Positions 1 to 11,051 of a DNA stretch of 64,000 bases are shown in pieces. Every line of letters begins with the position of its first letter. Position 1 is the stretch's first letter. The notes below the pieces were generated by a model. It had not been told where the DNA came from, made no database searches, and was given only the letters and a program-made list of their open reading frames with translations. The stretch is taken from positions 32,001 to 96,000 of the forward strand of contig CAWETU010000001.1 of the NCBI GenBank assembly GCA_963812135.1, read 5' to 3'. A program made the position numbers and the translations under genes. The stretch comes from Vulcanimicrobiota bacterium (lineage in GTDB: Bacteria > Vulcanimicrobiota > Vulcanimicrobiia > Eremiobacterales > Eremiobacteraceae).

Positions 1-1024
1 CGATCGGCGCTTTGAGCGCGCCGCGCGGGTATGTCACACGCAGTGGCGGTAGGTCGAACATCACGGCGGGGAGTCCGCACGCAAACGCTTCGGCCGCGGT
101 CATGCCCGAATTGTCATACACGCTGGTGTGAAGAAAGACACGTGAGCCCCGCAGCACTTCGTATTTGCCCGAACCTTCGCAGAAGCCGAGCCACGCGATC
201 GAGGACTCGATCCCAAGCTCGATCGCTTGCCGCCGCAAGCGGCGTTCGTAACCCGGGTCGCCGACGCCGACGATCGCGAGACGCAGGTCTGGCCGCTGGC
301 CGAGCACGCGCTGCCAGATCCGCAGCAACCGCTCCAGACCTTTTTGCGGATGCAGCCGGCCGACGAACACGGCGTCGTACTGCTTCGTCGCATCACCGGA
401 ACCGATGTGATCGAAATTGATCACACCGTAGACGGCGTGCAATCGTTCGCGCGGGTAACGGCGGCGAAGAAACTCCTCGGCGTCGACTTCGTTGGTGAGC
501 ATGTTCCCATCAGCCTTGAGGACCGCCGGAAGCACGACGAGGCGTTGATACGAATAGAACGCAGCGAGGCGCATGTCGAGATTCTTTGTCAGCGTGCGGC
601 TGTAATGCCCTTCATATCCGAATGCCGGATGCGGTACGAACAGATAGAGACATCCGATCCAACGCGAGGCAAGCCCCTCCTCGCGCATCCGCTGCGCCAG
701 CAGAAGGTCTGGGATGAAATCGCTGGCAGAATACGCGATGTCGAAACGTTCCGGCCGCAGCTCGACGCGTCGCGTCTCGCGCCAGAGCCGGGTGTGGGCC
801 GAGAGCAGCCCCGAACCAGGTATGCTGGTCTGCGAGACGATGCGAAAGCGCACGCCGCTGACGCCGTATTCGCGAAACGACCGCTCGCCGTCCGGCGTCG
901 TCAGGACGCAGACATCGTAGCCCCGCTCTACCCACGAGCGCGCGAACTCGAGCGCGATCTTGGTGTTGCCGCCCATCGTGCCTGGCGGCGAGATCATCGT
1001 GGCGGCGATCGCGATGCTCTTCAA
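1..1024 (-). CDS. Glycosyltransferase family 4 (GT-B), 3' end runs off the window
   Basis: Not in the ORF track; translated by hand from a TTG at 1024 that overlaps the upstream stop: MKSIAIAATMISPPGTMGGNTKIALEFARSW...VFVGRLHPQKGLERLL...SVYDNSGMTAAEAFACGLPAV. These are GT4 motifs. Confidence 0.85.
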   Translation of the reverse strand, partial: MKSIAIAATMISPPGTMGGNTKIALEFARSWVERGYDVCVLTTPDGERSFREYGVSGVRFRIVSQTSIPGSGLLSAHTRLWRETRRVELRPERFDIAYSASDFIPDLLLAQRMREEGLASRWIGCLYLFVPHPAFGYEGHYSRTLTKNLDMRLAAFYSYQRLVVLPAVLKADGNMLTNEVDAEEFLRRRYPRERLHAVYGVINFDHIGSGDATKQYDAVFVGRLHPQKGLERLLRIWQRVLGQRPDLRLAIVGVGDPGYERRLRRQAIELGIESSIAWLGFCEGSGKYEVLRGSRVFLHTSVYDNSGMTAAEAFACGLPAVMFDLPPLRVTYPRGALKAPI

Positions 1025-3312
1025 GGCGAGGCGCGCCGATCGGCGAGGAGAACGAGCGCGAGCGCGATCGTCAGCATGCAAAGTACGGCCAGCGACAGCG
1101 CTTGCAGCGCGGCAAACAAACGAGCGGGCTTATAGAAGATCGCCACATGTTGCCCGGCGTCCTGAGGGACGATCCAACCGTTGAGGAAACCATCGATCGG
1201 CACATGCGGCCAACCGAGCTCTTTGCCGCCGCCATCGACCCGCCAACCCGTCGAATAGCTTGAGTGGAGCACGAGGACGCGCGCGCCCGGCGCGAGCGTT
1301 GCGTCGTATGCCGCCGAGCCTCGTCTCGCGCTCTGCATAGGCAAAGACCGCGGTGCAATCTTGATGAGCTGATCCGGAACCGGCGTCTGGTCGCCGATCA
1401 ACCACGGGACCTCACCGCCGGAGAGTTGGAAAGCGCTCACCAAATCCGGCGCCGTGCTGCTTGGCCACACCGCCGCGCCGCTGTACGCGGACGCGTTCCC
1501 ATGCTCGATCGCGACGCGGTAGATGTCCAGCTCGCCGAACGTCGCGACGCGTTCGATGTGCGGTTGCGCGGCAAGAAAGCTGCGTATCGCTTCGGGCGAC
1601 AGGATGTCGCGGTACGGCCGCGACCACACGATGTCGTTGCGTTGCAGAATCCAGCCGACGCCCAACGCCGAGAGCAACGGCTCGATCGGCGCGCGAGAAC
1701 GCTTCCGGATGCGGTCGACGAGATATTTGAACTGCGGGCTCAACTCGGGCGTTCCCGTGATGTAGTTGATCGACTGGGTCGTGACGAGCAACGTCGGCTG
1801 CTTGATGAGCGCCGCCACGCCGTCGGCGCCGTAATAGCCCCAATCATACGGCATCTGATAGAAATCATCGTTGGGGAGCAGAAGCACGCGCGAATCATCG
1901 CGCTGGGCGTTGAGGTAGTCGGTGGCTTCGCTCCAATACTGGGGCGGCATGACGACTGACTTCGCATCGCCGTTCAGCCAAAGTTTTGGAATGAACTCGC
2001 CGCTGATGAACGGCACTCCGTTCGTGAGCAACAACAAGACGAGCGCGGCTGTCGCGAGCCGCGACGCGCGTGCGACATGCTGCACGCCGGCGCCGGTGCG
2101 TTCGAGATAGCGCGCCCCTCGTTCGACGAGCTCCGATATGCCGACGCCGGCAAGCACGAACATGCTCAAGTATAACGTGACATTCGTCGCCGGCTGAGGG
2201 TCGCGGAACAACCAAAAGAACGGGAGCTTGGCGTACAAGAATGCATTGATCTCCCCCAGCGGTGGGTGGTACCCCTTGCCGATGAATAGGGAGACAGCCA
2301 TGACTGCGAGCAGCGCCAAGACCCTCCGTCGAAACGGCGAGAATAAGTAGGCGGCGAGCGCGAGAGCCGCCGGCACGTACAGCGCGAGTCTGTACAATCC
2401 GGTCTGGTAACGAGCAGCCCACGGGAAATACTCGGGCAAAGGGTACGACCACGATCCGCGCATCGAGAGCATGTGAAGGATGGTCGCGCGCTGGTCGACC
2501 CAACTCCACGCGACCGGGTCGGCGAACGTCTGGGTCGCTGACCCGCCACTCGCGAAAAGCGTGACAAACGCTGCGTATGCCCACCACGCGTTCAGCGCGG
2601 CTGACGCCCCTAATCCCAGCATCAACCCAGGCAATATGCGTGGCAGCGTTCGCCAGTAGAGCGAGCCCCCGACGAGCCATGCGAGCGCCCAAAGAATCTC
2701 ATAGACGGCGATCGGCGGCGCCGTCGCAAGAACCATGAAGCCCAGACTCAAGAGTCCGATCTCGACGGCGAAGCGCAATGGGGGCGCCGGCTCGCGAACG
2801 CGGCGGACCAAGAAAGCCGCCGAGAGCGGGAAATAACCCATGGCGAACATCGCGATGGGATCGTGGAACGTGAGCGCAGAGTAAAAGGATAATGGAAGCG
2901 CGAGGCCGGCGGCGAGCGCGATGATCCGTCTCTCCGGGAAGAGCGTGCGCGCGAAAAACGTGACGCTCGACCCTGCGAACAGCAACAGCGCGAGCGACAA
3001 CACCCACTGCGCCATGGGACCGCTGAACCCGAGTCGCAACAAGAGGTCGCCCAGCAGCGCGAACACGGTCGTCCCCGGCGCATAGTGCGGCGAACCCAGC
3101 CCGCTATACGCGCTACTCCAGAGCTGGAGGCTTCGCTCGAGCTCGTGATTCCCGGGCATCACGTAGAGCGGATAGACGTCGCCCCACGCGAGGTATCCGT
3201 TCTTCGGAATCGCTGCCGCCGCGACGATGGTTATCGCGATCGTCACAATCGCGTAGAGCAGCGTTTCGCGATCGCGCAAGCGTCGCAGGAGTCCGCTCCA
3301 GACCTTTGTCAC
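1021..3312 (-). CDS. GT-C-type polytopic membrane glycosyltransferase, AftD/DUF3367-like (paralog 1)
   Basis: Many TM segments, early GD motif, PFFWLFRDP, RVLLLP, C-terminal HVPIDGFLNGW followed by a TM. Start taken as GTG 3312, overlapping the upstream TGA. Confidence 0.65.
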   Translation of the reverse strand: MTKVWSGLLRRLRDRETLLYAIVTIAITIVAAAAIPKNGYLAWGDVYPLYVMPGNHELERSLQLWSSAYSGLGSPHYAPGTTVFALLGDLLLRLGFSGPMAQWVLSLALLLFAGSSVTFFARTLFPERRIIALAAGLALPLSFYSALTFHDPIAMFAMGYFPLSAAFLVRRVREPAPPLRFAVEIGLLSLGFMVLATAPPIAVYEILWALAWLVGGSLYWRTLPRILPGLMLGLGASAALNAWWAYAAFVTLFASGGSATQTFADPVAWSWVDQRATILHMLSMRGSWSYPLPEYFPWAARYQTGLYRLALYVPAALALAAYLFSPFRRRVLALLAVMAVSLFIGKGYHPPLGEINAFLYAKLPFFWLFRDPQPATNVTLYLSMFVLAGVGISELVERGARYLERTGAGVQHVARASRLATAALVLLLLTNGVPFISGEFIPKLWLNGDAKSVVMPPQYWSEATDYLNAQRDDSRVLLLPNDDFYQMPYDWGYYGADGVAALIKQPTLLVTTQSINYITGTPELSPQFKYLVDRIRKRSRAPIEPLLSALGVGWILQRNDIVWSRPYRDILSPEAIRSFLAAQPHIERVATFGELDIYRVAIEHGNASAYSGAAVWPSSTAPDLVSAFQLSGGEVPWLIGDQTPVPDQLIKIAPRSLPMQSARRGSAAYDATLAPGARVLVLHSSYSTGWRVDGGGKELGWPHVPIDGFLNGWIVPQDAGQHVAIFYKPARLFAALQALSLAVLCMLTIALALVLLADRRASP

Positions 3313-5597
3313 GCTTGATCCGCTCGCGAGCGCTGCAGGCACCAAAGCAAGACGAGCAGCCACGCGAGACCCAGGGCTTGCGCCGCCGTCTGCGCTGCAG
3401 CGACCCACTCGACAAGCCAGACCGCGCCGGTGTCGCTCAGCGGACCGAGAATCCACCCGTTCACGCAGCCGTCGATTCGCACGTGAGCAAGTGGTTGCGT
3501 CTCACCCAAGACGAGCCAGTGCTCGTCGTAGCGAGCGTTGTATCGCAACGCGCCTTGCGGCGTTGTCGAAATCATGATCCGCAGCAGCCATGGCGTCAGC
3601 TTGTCCGTATGCAGGCGGGTGAACGGCCCAGTCCCGGAGTCGTTTCTTACGTCCGGCGGCACGTGGCCCTCGAGCGCGACGACACACAGTCCATGACAGC
3701 GGACGCGCGATACGCCGGCCGGCACCGAGATCCAACGATATCCGTGCGTCGTCTCAGTCAATACGAGGCCATCCTCTGAGACGAGTGCGCCACGGACGAG
3801 CACGAGCGCTTCGTCATTGCCGGCCAACTCGATCAGCGCGGACGGATTCGTCGTCAGCGCCCCGCCGAACGGTTGGCCGAGCTCCGGATCGGCCGCGAAC
3901 CCTAGCCTCGCGTCGACCCAGCCATCGCTCGCGTGGACGAATTGGTTGTGCGGCACGATGCTGCGCGGTCGTTCATAGCTCGCCCACTGCGCCGGGACGC
4001 CATACCCACGCAGGCCCGCGACGTCGCCGAAGAACACTTCTCCCGCACCTGGATGGTTCGAGATCGACGTCGCCAACGGCGTCGCGATCATCGAGACTTC
4101 GGGGATCGCCTGTATGCTCTCGGAAAATGGCTGCCGATCGGGATTCTGCGGCGCAGGCGCGAGCGCCAATTGCTCGAGCAGCTCTCGGCTCGCCGACGTG
4201 TACCAAGGACGGTTGGCTATCTCTGACACACTGAGATTTGCGAGCGGTCGCCAGTCCCGAGTACGATCGTAGCGCGCCAATGCGCTATCCTCGGGCCAGG
4301 CCGGCACTTCTTCGTTTAACGGGGTCACCGATTCTGGGCGAACGATCGCGTCAGGATCGAGTCCGGCGAACCGCCCCATGTATCGCAGCGGTTGAAACGG
4401 CGGCACGAGCGCATAGCGTGTCTGCGGTCGAGCCACGTGCGATATCGCGGGGAGCGTCGCGCGGTTGGCCCACTGACGCGCCGGCGAGAAATGCGCCCAA
4501 CCTCCCATGAGGAGCACCGCTGCAACACACAAGGCCCACAGGAACAGCGCGTGACGAGACGCGGCGACTGCGGTAAGAGCGGCATAGCCGATCGCGGCAT
4601 AGCCGAGCACGTCATAGAGTTCGCGATATAACGCGAATGCCGGCACTCGTAGGAAGACCTCGGTGAAAATGCCGGCTAGGGGCCCCCGTAGGCCCATGGC
4701 CACGACGAGCACGATCAGGGTCGCCGCGCCGATGATGAATGCGCGCCGCGACGGCAGCAAGTAGATAAGGCCCACCACGGCCAGGATGACGATCAAGCCG
4801 ACCCCGACGTGGCCGAGCTTGTCAAAGCCAAGCGTGTATTTCGCGAAGTAGCCGCTCAAGAGCAATGCCGACGCGGGCGCGATCGATTGAGCTTGTTCCC
4901 ACGGCAGCGTGAGCGAGGTCGCCGCGAACTCCTTCGCGCGCAACAGGACGCCAAGCAGCGTCGGGCCACTCATGATGATCCACGTCGCGGTCGGCAGCCA
5001 CATTCTCATGCGCAGCGCCAAGACGAGTGCGACGATCAGCGCCGGCCCGAAGAACTGCAGCTGAGGCAGCGTGAACGCCAGCGCAAGCGCGCACACTGCG
5101 CCGCGAGGCCGCGTTCGCATCGCCTCCGATACCAATGCCATCGTCGCCGCGTACGCCACGATCATCGGCAGATGGCCGGCGACGACTTTGGTGTACACCC
5201 ACGGGTTGAACAACGCGAACGCAGCCACCGCGTTTGCCGCGAGCTCGTGCGCACCCATCGCGGTGGCGAGCTTTCGCGCTGCGAGCAGCACGCTCAGCGC
5301 GATGCCGAACACAAACGCGACGAGCGTTGGGAACGCGCCGAACAACGCGCCGACCGGCGCCAGCATGGCGACCAGCAGGTAGTTGTTCACGAACAGGTTC
5401 ACGCTACCGATGCCCTGCTCGCTCCAGCCGCTGATCGCGTTCAAAAACGGGTAGTAGTAGTCCGGCCAGTTCCAATCGTGCCGCAACGCCGGCACGCCGT
5501 TACTGCTGACGATGAGTGTGAAATACAGCGCGAGAACGCACGGGATCGCGAGCCACCGGAACTGCGCCAATCGGGGATCAGACATCTTTGGACGCAC
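3309..5597 (-). CDS. GT-C-type polytopic membrane protein, AftD/DUF3367-like (divergent paralog)
   Basis: HDW motif, FALFNPWVY..VVAGH, many TMs, large extracytoplasmic region, C-terminal HVRIDGCVNGW + TM shared with the neighbouring paralogs. Confidence 0.55.
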   Translation of the reverse strand: MRPKMSDPRLAQFRWLAIPCVLALYFTLIVSSNGVPALRHDWNWPDYYYPFLNAISGWSEQGIGSVNLFVNNYLLVAMLAPVGALFGAFPTLVAFVFGIALSVLLAARKLATAMGAHELAANAVAAFALFNPWVYTKVVAGHLPMIVAYAATMALVSEAMRTRPRGAVCALALAFTLPQLQFFGPALIVALVLALRMRMWLPTATWIIMSGPTLLGVLLRAKEFAATSLTLPWEQAQSIAPASALLLSGYFAKYTLGFDKLGHVGVGLIVILAVVGLIYLLPSRRAFIIGAATLIVLVVAMGLRGPLAGIFTEVFLRVPAFALYRELYDVLGYAAIGYAALTAVAASRHALFLWALCVAAVLLMGGWAHFSPARQWANRATLPAISHVARPQTRYALVPPFQPLRYMGRFAGLDPDAIVRPESVTPLNEEVPAWPEDSALARYDRTRDWRPLANLSVSEIANRPWYTSASRELLEQLALAPAPQNPDRQPFSESIQAIPEVSMIATPLATSISNHPGAGEVFFGDVAGLRGYGVPAQWASYERPRSIVPHNQFVHASDGWVDARLGFAADPELGQPFGGALTTNPSALIELAGNDEALVLVRGALVSEDGLVLTETTHGYRWISVPAGVSRVRCHGLCVVALEGHVPPDVRNDSGTGPFTRLHTDKLTPWLLRIMISTTPQGALRYNARYDEHWLVLGETQPLAHVRIDGCVNGWILGPLSDTGAVWLVEWVAAAQTAAQALGLAWLLVLLWCLQRSRADQA

Positions 5598-5679
5598 TCG
5601 AGCGCAGAGTCTTCGTGATCCGTTCCCCTAACTGCGTGAGCGCAAGAGTTTGCTGCGCGGCGATGAAACCTGCGCGACG

Positions 5680-6609
5680 ATGTCTGAAAAGCTCAAGACG
5701 GCGGTCGCACTTCTCTCGAAGGCTGTTTCGCGGCCTGGCGCGGCCGTCCTCGCCATCCGCCAGCGCGGATGGCGCAACGTCCTTGCCACTTTCCTACGCG
5801 CTGAACCTGCGGTCGCAACAACGATGGTCCGCGAACTGCAATCTCAATTGGCGCCGACGCCGCAGAATCTGACCGCCTGGTACGGCGGCGTGCGTTTCTT
5901 GCCGGTCGCCGACGAGCACCTGTACAAGGTCCGCCTGTCGACGGGTGAGGAGTTCCTCATCCGCAGATCGCGCGGTTGGCAAGATCTCGGTACGCTGCAC
6001 GAGGTCTTTATCGAAGGGGTGTATGCCGATCACCCGCCGATCGCCGGCAAGACCGTGCTCGACATCGGCGCGAACATCGGAGACACGGCCGTGTATTTCG
6101 CGAAGCGAGGCGCGCGCGTGATAGCCTTCGAGCCAGACCCACAGATGTGCGAGCTTGCTCGCCGCAACGTTGCCGGCAACGGTCTGCGCGCAGACATACG
6201 GTGCGCCGGCGTGGGCGCCGCGGAGCAGACCCTTGCGCTCTCGGCGACGCGCGATGGAGCCGACACGCTATCGGCGACGCTCTTCCCCGAGCACATCTCG
6301 GTTGACGAACGCCATGGCGAGACGAAACTGGTCGACGTCGTCGCTTTTGCCGACGTCTTATCGGAACTGGGTTCCGTCGACCTGGTGAAGATAGATTGCC
6401 AGGGCTGCGAGTATCCGTCGATTCGATCCCTGACGAACGTTGATCTTCGAAGAATCAAGAACGTCATGATGGAGTATCACGGCCGGAGCGCCGAGCTTGC
6501 GGACCAGCTGCGCGGATGCGGCTTCTCGGTACGCCTCAAGGGGACGATGTATTTGTACGCCGAGCGCATCGATGGCCGCGAGGGTGCGTCGCCGACACTG
6601 CTGGAATAA
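5680..6609 (+). CDS. FkbM family SAM-dependent methyltransferase
   Basis: VLDIGANIG, VIAFEPDP, LVKIDCQGCEY motifs. Confidence 0.85.
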   Translation: MSEKLKTAVALLSKAVSRPGAAVLAIRQRGWRNVLATFLRAEPAVATTMVRELQSQLAPTPQNLTAWYGGVRFLPVADEHLYKVRLSTGEEFLIRRSRGWQDLGTLHEVFIEGVYADHPPIAGKTVLDIGANIGDTAVYFAKRGARVIAFEPDPQMCELARRNVAGNGLRADIRCAGVGAAEQTLALSATRDGADTLSATLFPEHISVDERHGETKLVDVVAFADVLSELGSVDLVKIDCQGCEYPSIRSLTNVDLRRIKNVMMEYHGRSAELADQLRGCGFSVRLKGTMYLYAERIDGREGASPTLLE

Positions 6610-6616
6610 ACGTCAC

Positions 6617-7946
6617 ATGCATCGGATCGCCGTCATCGGAGCGGGCTATGTCGGGCTCGTTTCAGGAGCGTGTTTCGCCGAATTGGGCAACGATGTCGTC
6701 TGCATCGACGTCGATGCCGCGAAGATCGCTCGCCTGCGACGAGGCGAGTCCCCGCTCTTCGAACCCGGTCTCGAAGAGCTCGTTCGACGTAACGTGGAGG
6801 CGAGCAGGCTCGCGTTCACGCTCGATCTCGCAGAGGGTATTCACGGGCGCGAGATCGTCATCATCGCAGTCGGCACGCCGACCGCTGGCGATGGCCATCT
6901 CGACTTGCGCCACGTGCGGCAAGCCGCGCTCGACATCGCGGCGACTCTCGACGGGCCGAAGATCGTCGTCAACAAGTCGACCGTGCCGGTCCAAACAGCC
7001 GATCTCGTACGCTCGTTGATCGAGGAGGCGAAGACGACCGATCATACGGTCACAGTGGTCTCCAATCCGGAGTTCATGCGCGAGGGTTCTGCCGTCGCCG
7101 ACTTCATGCATCCGGACCGCATCGTGATCGGCGTCGATCATCCCGGCGCGGAGCGAGCTGCTGCGCGACCTGTACGCGCCGCTCGGCGCGCCGATCATCG
7201 TGACCGATCCGCGCACCGCTGAGATGATCAAGTTGACGTCAAACGCATTTCTGGCGGCAAAGATCTCGTTCATCAACGAGATCGCCGGTATCTGCGACGC
7301 GGTCGGCGCGGACGTGCGCGACGTGGTCGCCGGCGCCGGCGCGGACAAGCGGATCGGCGCGGCGTGCATGCAGCCCGGCCTCGGCTTCGGCGGCTCGTGC
7401 TTGCCCAAAGATCTGCTTGCGCTCCATCGGATCGCGGAGAAGAGCGGCGCCGCCACGCACCTGCTCGATGCTGCGCTCGCCGTGAACGCGGCGCAGATCG
7501 CTCACGTCTGTGCGCGGCTGAAGGGACTGCTCGGGGGACTCGACGGCAAGATCGTCGGCGTGCTCGGCTTGGCGTTCAAGCCTGGCACCGATGACGTGCG
7601 TGAATCGCCGGCGCTCGCGCTGGTGCGCCAACTGCTGCACGAAGGCGCGCGCGTGCGAGCGCACGACCCTGTCGCGGCGCGCAACGCCGCACGCGAACTC
7701 GAGGGCGACGTCCGGTTCGTCGGCGCCCCGCACGACGTCGCCGCGGGAGCCGATGCGCTCGTCATCGCGACCGCTTGGAGCGAATACGCCGAGCTCGATC
7801 TCTCGAAGCTGCGCCGCCTCATGCGTGGCGACGTGCTCTTCGACGCGCGCGACCTGTACGATCCGCGCAAAGTCTGCGAGGCCGGATTCACGTACGCGGG
7901 TATCGGCCGGCACGCGCCCGCGCCGGCCCGCGTCGCCGCGCCTTGA
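6617..7946 (+). CDS. ugd: UDP-glucose 6-dehydrogenase (frameshift near 7150)
   Basis: GAGYVG, KSTVP and NPEFMREG in frame 1; AEMIKLTSNAFLA, GFGGSCLPKD and GLAFKPGTDDVRES in the second frame. The frames join at about 7150-7160. Confidence 0.9.
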
Positions 7947-8881
7947 AAGTCGTCATCACCGGGGCGGCCGGCTTTGTCGGCTCGCACTTGGCGGACCGAT
8001 ATCTTGCCGATCGTCATCAAGTCGTCGGGATCGACAATCTCATCACCGGCGACCTCGGCAATCTGGCGCTCGCACGCGCCAATCCACATTTCGAATATAT
8101 CAACGCTGACGTCGCCGTCGAAGGCTACGATCTCGCGCACGCGTGCGGCGGCGCGGACCTGATCGTGCATTGCGCATCGCCCGCCAGCCCGGTCGACTAT
8201 GCTCTCCGTCCGCTCGAGACCATGGCCGCCAACAGCCTCGGCACGAAGCACTGTTGCGAGGCGGCGCGCGCGTGGTCGGCGCGCCTGCTGTACGCATCGA
8301 CCTCCGAGGCCTACGGCGATCCGCTCGAGCACCCGCAGCGCGAGACGTACTGGGGCAATGTGAATCCCATCGGTCCGCGCGCGTGCTACGACGAGTCGAA
8401 GCGTTTCGGGGAGGCGATGGTCATGACGTTTGTCCGCACTCACGGCCTCGATGCGCGCATCGTCCGGATCTTCAACACCTATGGCCCGCGAATGCGCCGC
8501 GCCGATGGACGCGTGGTGCCGAACTTCATCGGTCAGGCGCTCGCGGGTCAGCCGCTCACGCTCTACGGCGACGGCAGCCAGACCCGCTCGTTTTGCTACG
8601 TCTCGGATCTGGTCGACGGCATCGTGCGCTGCGCGGATTCGGAGCGGACGCGCGGCGTGGTCGTCAACCTCGGCAACCCAGCGGAGATCACCGTCGCGCA
8701 ACTGGCGCGCGTCGTCTGCGAACTGGTGGGTGTGCCCTATACAACCGACCAGCGCGACATGCCGGTCGACGATCCGGTTCGTCGTCGCCCGGATATCACG
8801 CGCGCGCGGGAGTTGGTGGGATGGGAACCGCGGATCGCGCTCGAGGATGGGTTGCGCGAGACTATCCGCTCTTTCGCGTGA
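7943..8881 (+). CDS. uxs: UDP-glucuronate decarboxylase (UDP-xylose synthase), extended SDR
   Basis: TGAAGFVG, ASPASPVDY, STSEAYGDP, YWGNVNPIGPRACYDESKR, RIFNTYGPRM, DDP.RRRPDI. TTG start overlaps the ugd stop. Confidence 0.85.
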   Translation: MKVVITGAAGFVGSHLADRYLADRHQVVGIDNLITGDLGNLALARANPHFEYINADVAVEGYDLAHACGGADLIVHCASPASPVDYALRPLETMAANSLGTKHCCEAARAWSARLLYASTSEAYGDPLEHPQRETYWGNVNPIGPRACYDESKRFGEAMVMTFVRTHGLDARIVRIFNTYGPRMRRADGRVVPNFIGQALAGQPLTLYGDGSQTRSFCYVSDLVDGIVRCADSERTRGVVVNLGNPAEITVAQLARVVCELVGVPYTTDQRDMPVDDPVRRRPDITRARELVGWEPRIALEDGLRETIRSFA

Positions 8882-11051
8882 AGCCCCACGATGTCAACGC
8901 CAGTCCAGCCAGCAGCACGCAGACAGTGATGATGGCAAGCATTTGCAATGCGTGGAAGAGGCGCGCCGGCCGATAGACCAACGACACGCGAAGCGGTGCC
9001 CTGTCGGGAACGAACCAGCCGTTCAAAAGACCATCGACGGACACGTGTGGCCACGCGAGCTGCTTTCCATCCGCCTCGACGCTCCAATCGGGCGAGTAGC
9101 TGGCGTGCAGCACGAGCGCTCGCGTTCCAGGCGCCGCCACGACATCGTACCTCGCTGAGTCGCGGCGCACGCACGTGGTGGGAAGTTCCGACAACGTTCC
9201 GTGGCCAGCGGCATCGATGTCGTACGCAGACGCGCATTCGTGTCTTGTGTCGACGCGATAGAGGTCCAGCGCGCCAAACGATGCGACTTTGCGTATGGCC
9301 GGGCGTTGCCGCAGATATGCGTTGATGACGCTCGGCGCCAGGATGTGGCGTTCGGGGCTCGACCACACCACGTCGTTGCGCTGCACGATCCAACCGACGT
9401 CGAGCGTGGAGAACCATGATTCGATCGGCCGGCTCGAGCCCGTCCGGATCTCGTCGAGCAAGCGACCGTATTGCTGTCGCAACGCCGGTGAGCCGCCGAA
9501 CCAGCCGAACGGCCGCGGCGCGACGAGCAGCACGGGCCGTTGGATCCAGGTCTGCGCCACCGTGTCAACGCCGTAGTATCCCCACGCGTATGGCATCGCG
9601 TAGAAATCATCGTTCGGCAACAGCAAGACGCGCGCGTCGCCGGGTTGCGCGTTGAGAAAGTCGGCGGCCTGCTTCCAGTATGCCGGTGGGGTGAGGACCG
9701 ATTTCGCGGTGCCGTTCAGCCAGGTCGCCGGAATCACATCGCCGCGGATCACGGCGATGCTATTGCTGAGCAGGAGCACCATCAGCAAACACCACGCGCC
9801 GGCCATCGCGGCAGCAGCGTATCGGCGGTCGTGTCGAAACGCTCCTGCGACCTTGCCGGCGAACGTGGAGAGCTGCGTCACGGCGACGCCCGCCAGCGTG
9901 AATAGGCTCAGGTAGAGCGTTATGCCTGTCGCCTCCTGAGGATCGCGCAGCAGCCAGAAGAACGGCACCGTATTATAGAGGAAGGCGTTGACGTCGCCAA
10001 ACGGCTGATGGTATCCCTTGCCGAGGAACAGCGAGACGGCGCAGATCGCGACGAGCAGCCAGACGCGGCGGCGATACGGCGCGAACAAAACCGCCAGAGC
10101 GGCGAACACGGCAGGCAGATACAGCGCGAACAATCGATACCCGGACGAATACGCCTGGGCCCATGGGACATAGGCGGCAAATTGATACGACCAGAGCCCT
10201 TGCATGCTGAGCATGTTGAGTATGCTCGCGCGCTGATCGACGAACCCCCACGCGAGCGGACCCTCGAAGATCTGCGAGGCAGAGCCGCCGCTCGCGTACA
10301 ACGTCGTATAGGCGGCGTACGCCCACCACCCGTTGAGCGCGACAGCCGCAACCGCGCCGAGCGCGAGACCCGGCCAAATGCGCAACGTGCGGAATCGCAG
10401 CAGCGAACCGACGAGCCACGCGAGCGCCCAGATGAGCGCGTACACGGCGATCGGCGGCGATGCCGCGAGGATCGTGAAACCAAGGCTCGCAAGCCCGATG
10501 GTTATCGCGAGCCGGGCGTTCGACGCGGGGCCGCGGCTCTGCGTCATCATCAGGGCGGCGGAGAACGGGAAATAGCCGAAGGCGAACGCAGTGACCGGAT
10601 CGCGAAACGTGATGCCTATATAAAAGCAAAGCGGATACGCCAATCCTGTTGTCAGCGCGATGAGCCGGCGTTCGGGGAAGAGCGCGCGTGCGAAGAACAC
10701 GGCGCTCAAGCCCGCGAACTCCAAAAGAGCCAGATACAGCAGCCACTGCGTCGTCGGGCCATCGACGCCGAGCGCGAGCATGAGTTTGCCCCACAGCGCG
10801 AAGAGCAGGATCGCCGGCATGAACTGCGGCGAGCCGATCCCACTGATGCGGGTGCCCCAGAGCCTTATGGCTTCATCAAACACGTGGTTACCCGGCATCA
10901 TGTAACCCGGGAAGAGATCACCGCCCGCGAGATAGCCATTGCGGTGCAGGCTGAACCACGAGACGAGCGCAACCGCGAGCGCCACGATCGCGTAGACAAA
11001 TACTTCTCGGGCGCGTGGAGAACTCAAGCTCCGAAGCGCGGCCCGCGTCAC
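8862..11051 (-). CDS. GT-C-type polytopic membrane glycosyltransferase, AftD/DUF3367-like (paralog 2)
   Basis: Colinear with 1021-3312 (e.g. RVLLLPNDDFYAMPYAWGYYG vs RVLLLPNDDFYQMPYDWGYYG). GTG start at 11051 overlaps the upstream stop. Confidence 0.65.
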   Translation of the reverse strand: MTRAALRSLSSPRAREVFVYAIVALAVALVSWFSLHRNGYLAGGDLFPGYMMPGNHVFDEAIRLWGTRISGIGSPQFMPAILLFALWGKLMLALGVDGPTTQWLLYLALLEFAGLSAVFFARALFPERRLIALTTGLAYPLCFYIGITFRDPVTAFAFGYFPFSAALMMTQSRGPASNARLAITIGLASLGFTILAASPPIAVYALIWALAWLVGSLLRFRTLRIWPGLALGAVAAVALNGWWAYAAYTTLYASGGSASQIFEGPLAWGFVDQRASILNMLSMQGLWSYQFAAYVPWAQAYSSGYRLFALYLPAVFAALAVLFAPYRRRVWLLVAICAVSLFLGKGYHQPFGDVNAFLYNTVPFFWLLRDPQEATGITLYLSLFTLAGVAVTQLSTFAGKVAGAFRHDRRYAAAAMAGAWCLLMVLLLSNSIAVIRGDVIPATWLNGTAKSVLTPPAYWKQAADFLNAQPGDARVLLLPNDDFYAMPYAWGYYGVDTVAQTWIQRPVLLVAPRPFGWFGGSPALRQQYGRLLDEIRTGSSRPIESWFSTLDVGWIVQRNDVVWSSPERHILAPSVINAYLRQRPAIRKVASFGALDLYRVDTRHECASAYDIDAAGHGTLSELPTTCVRRDSARYDVVAAPGTRALVLHASYSPDWSVEADGKQLAWPHVSVDGLLNGWFVPDRAPLRVSLVYRPARLFHALQMLAIITVCVLLAGLALTSWGFTRKSG

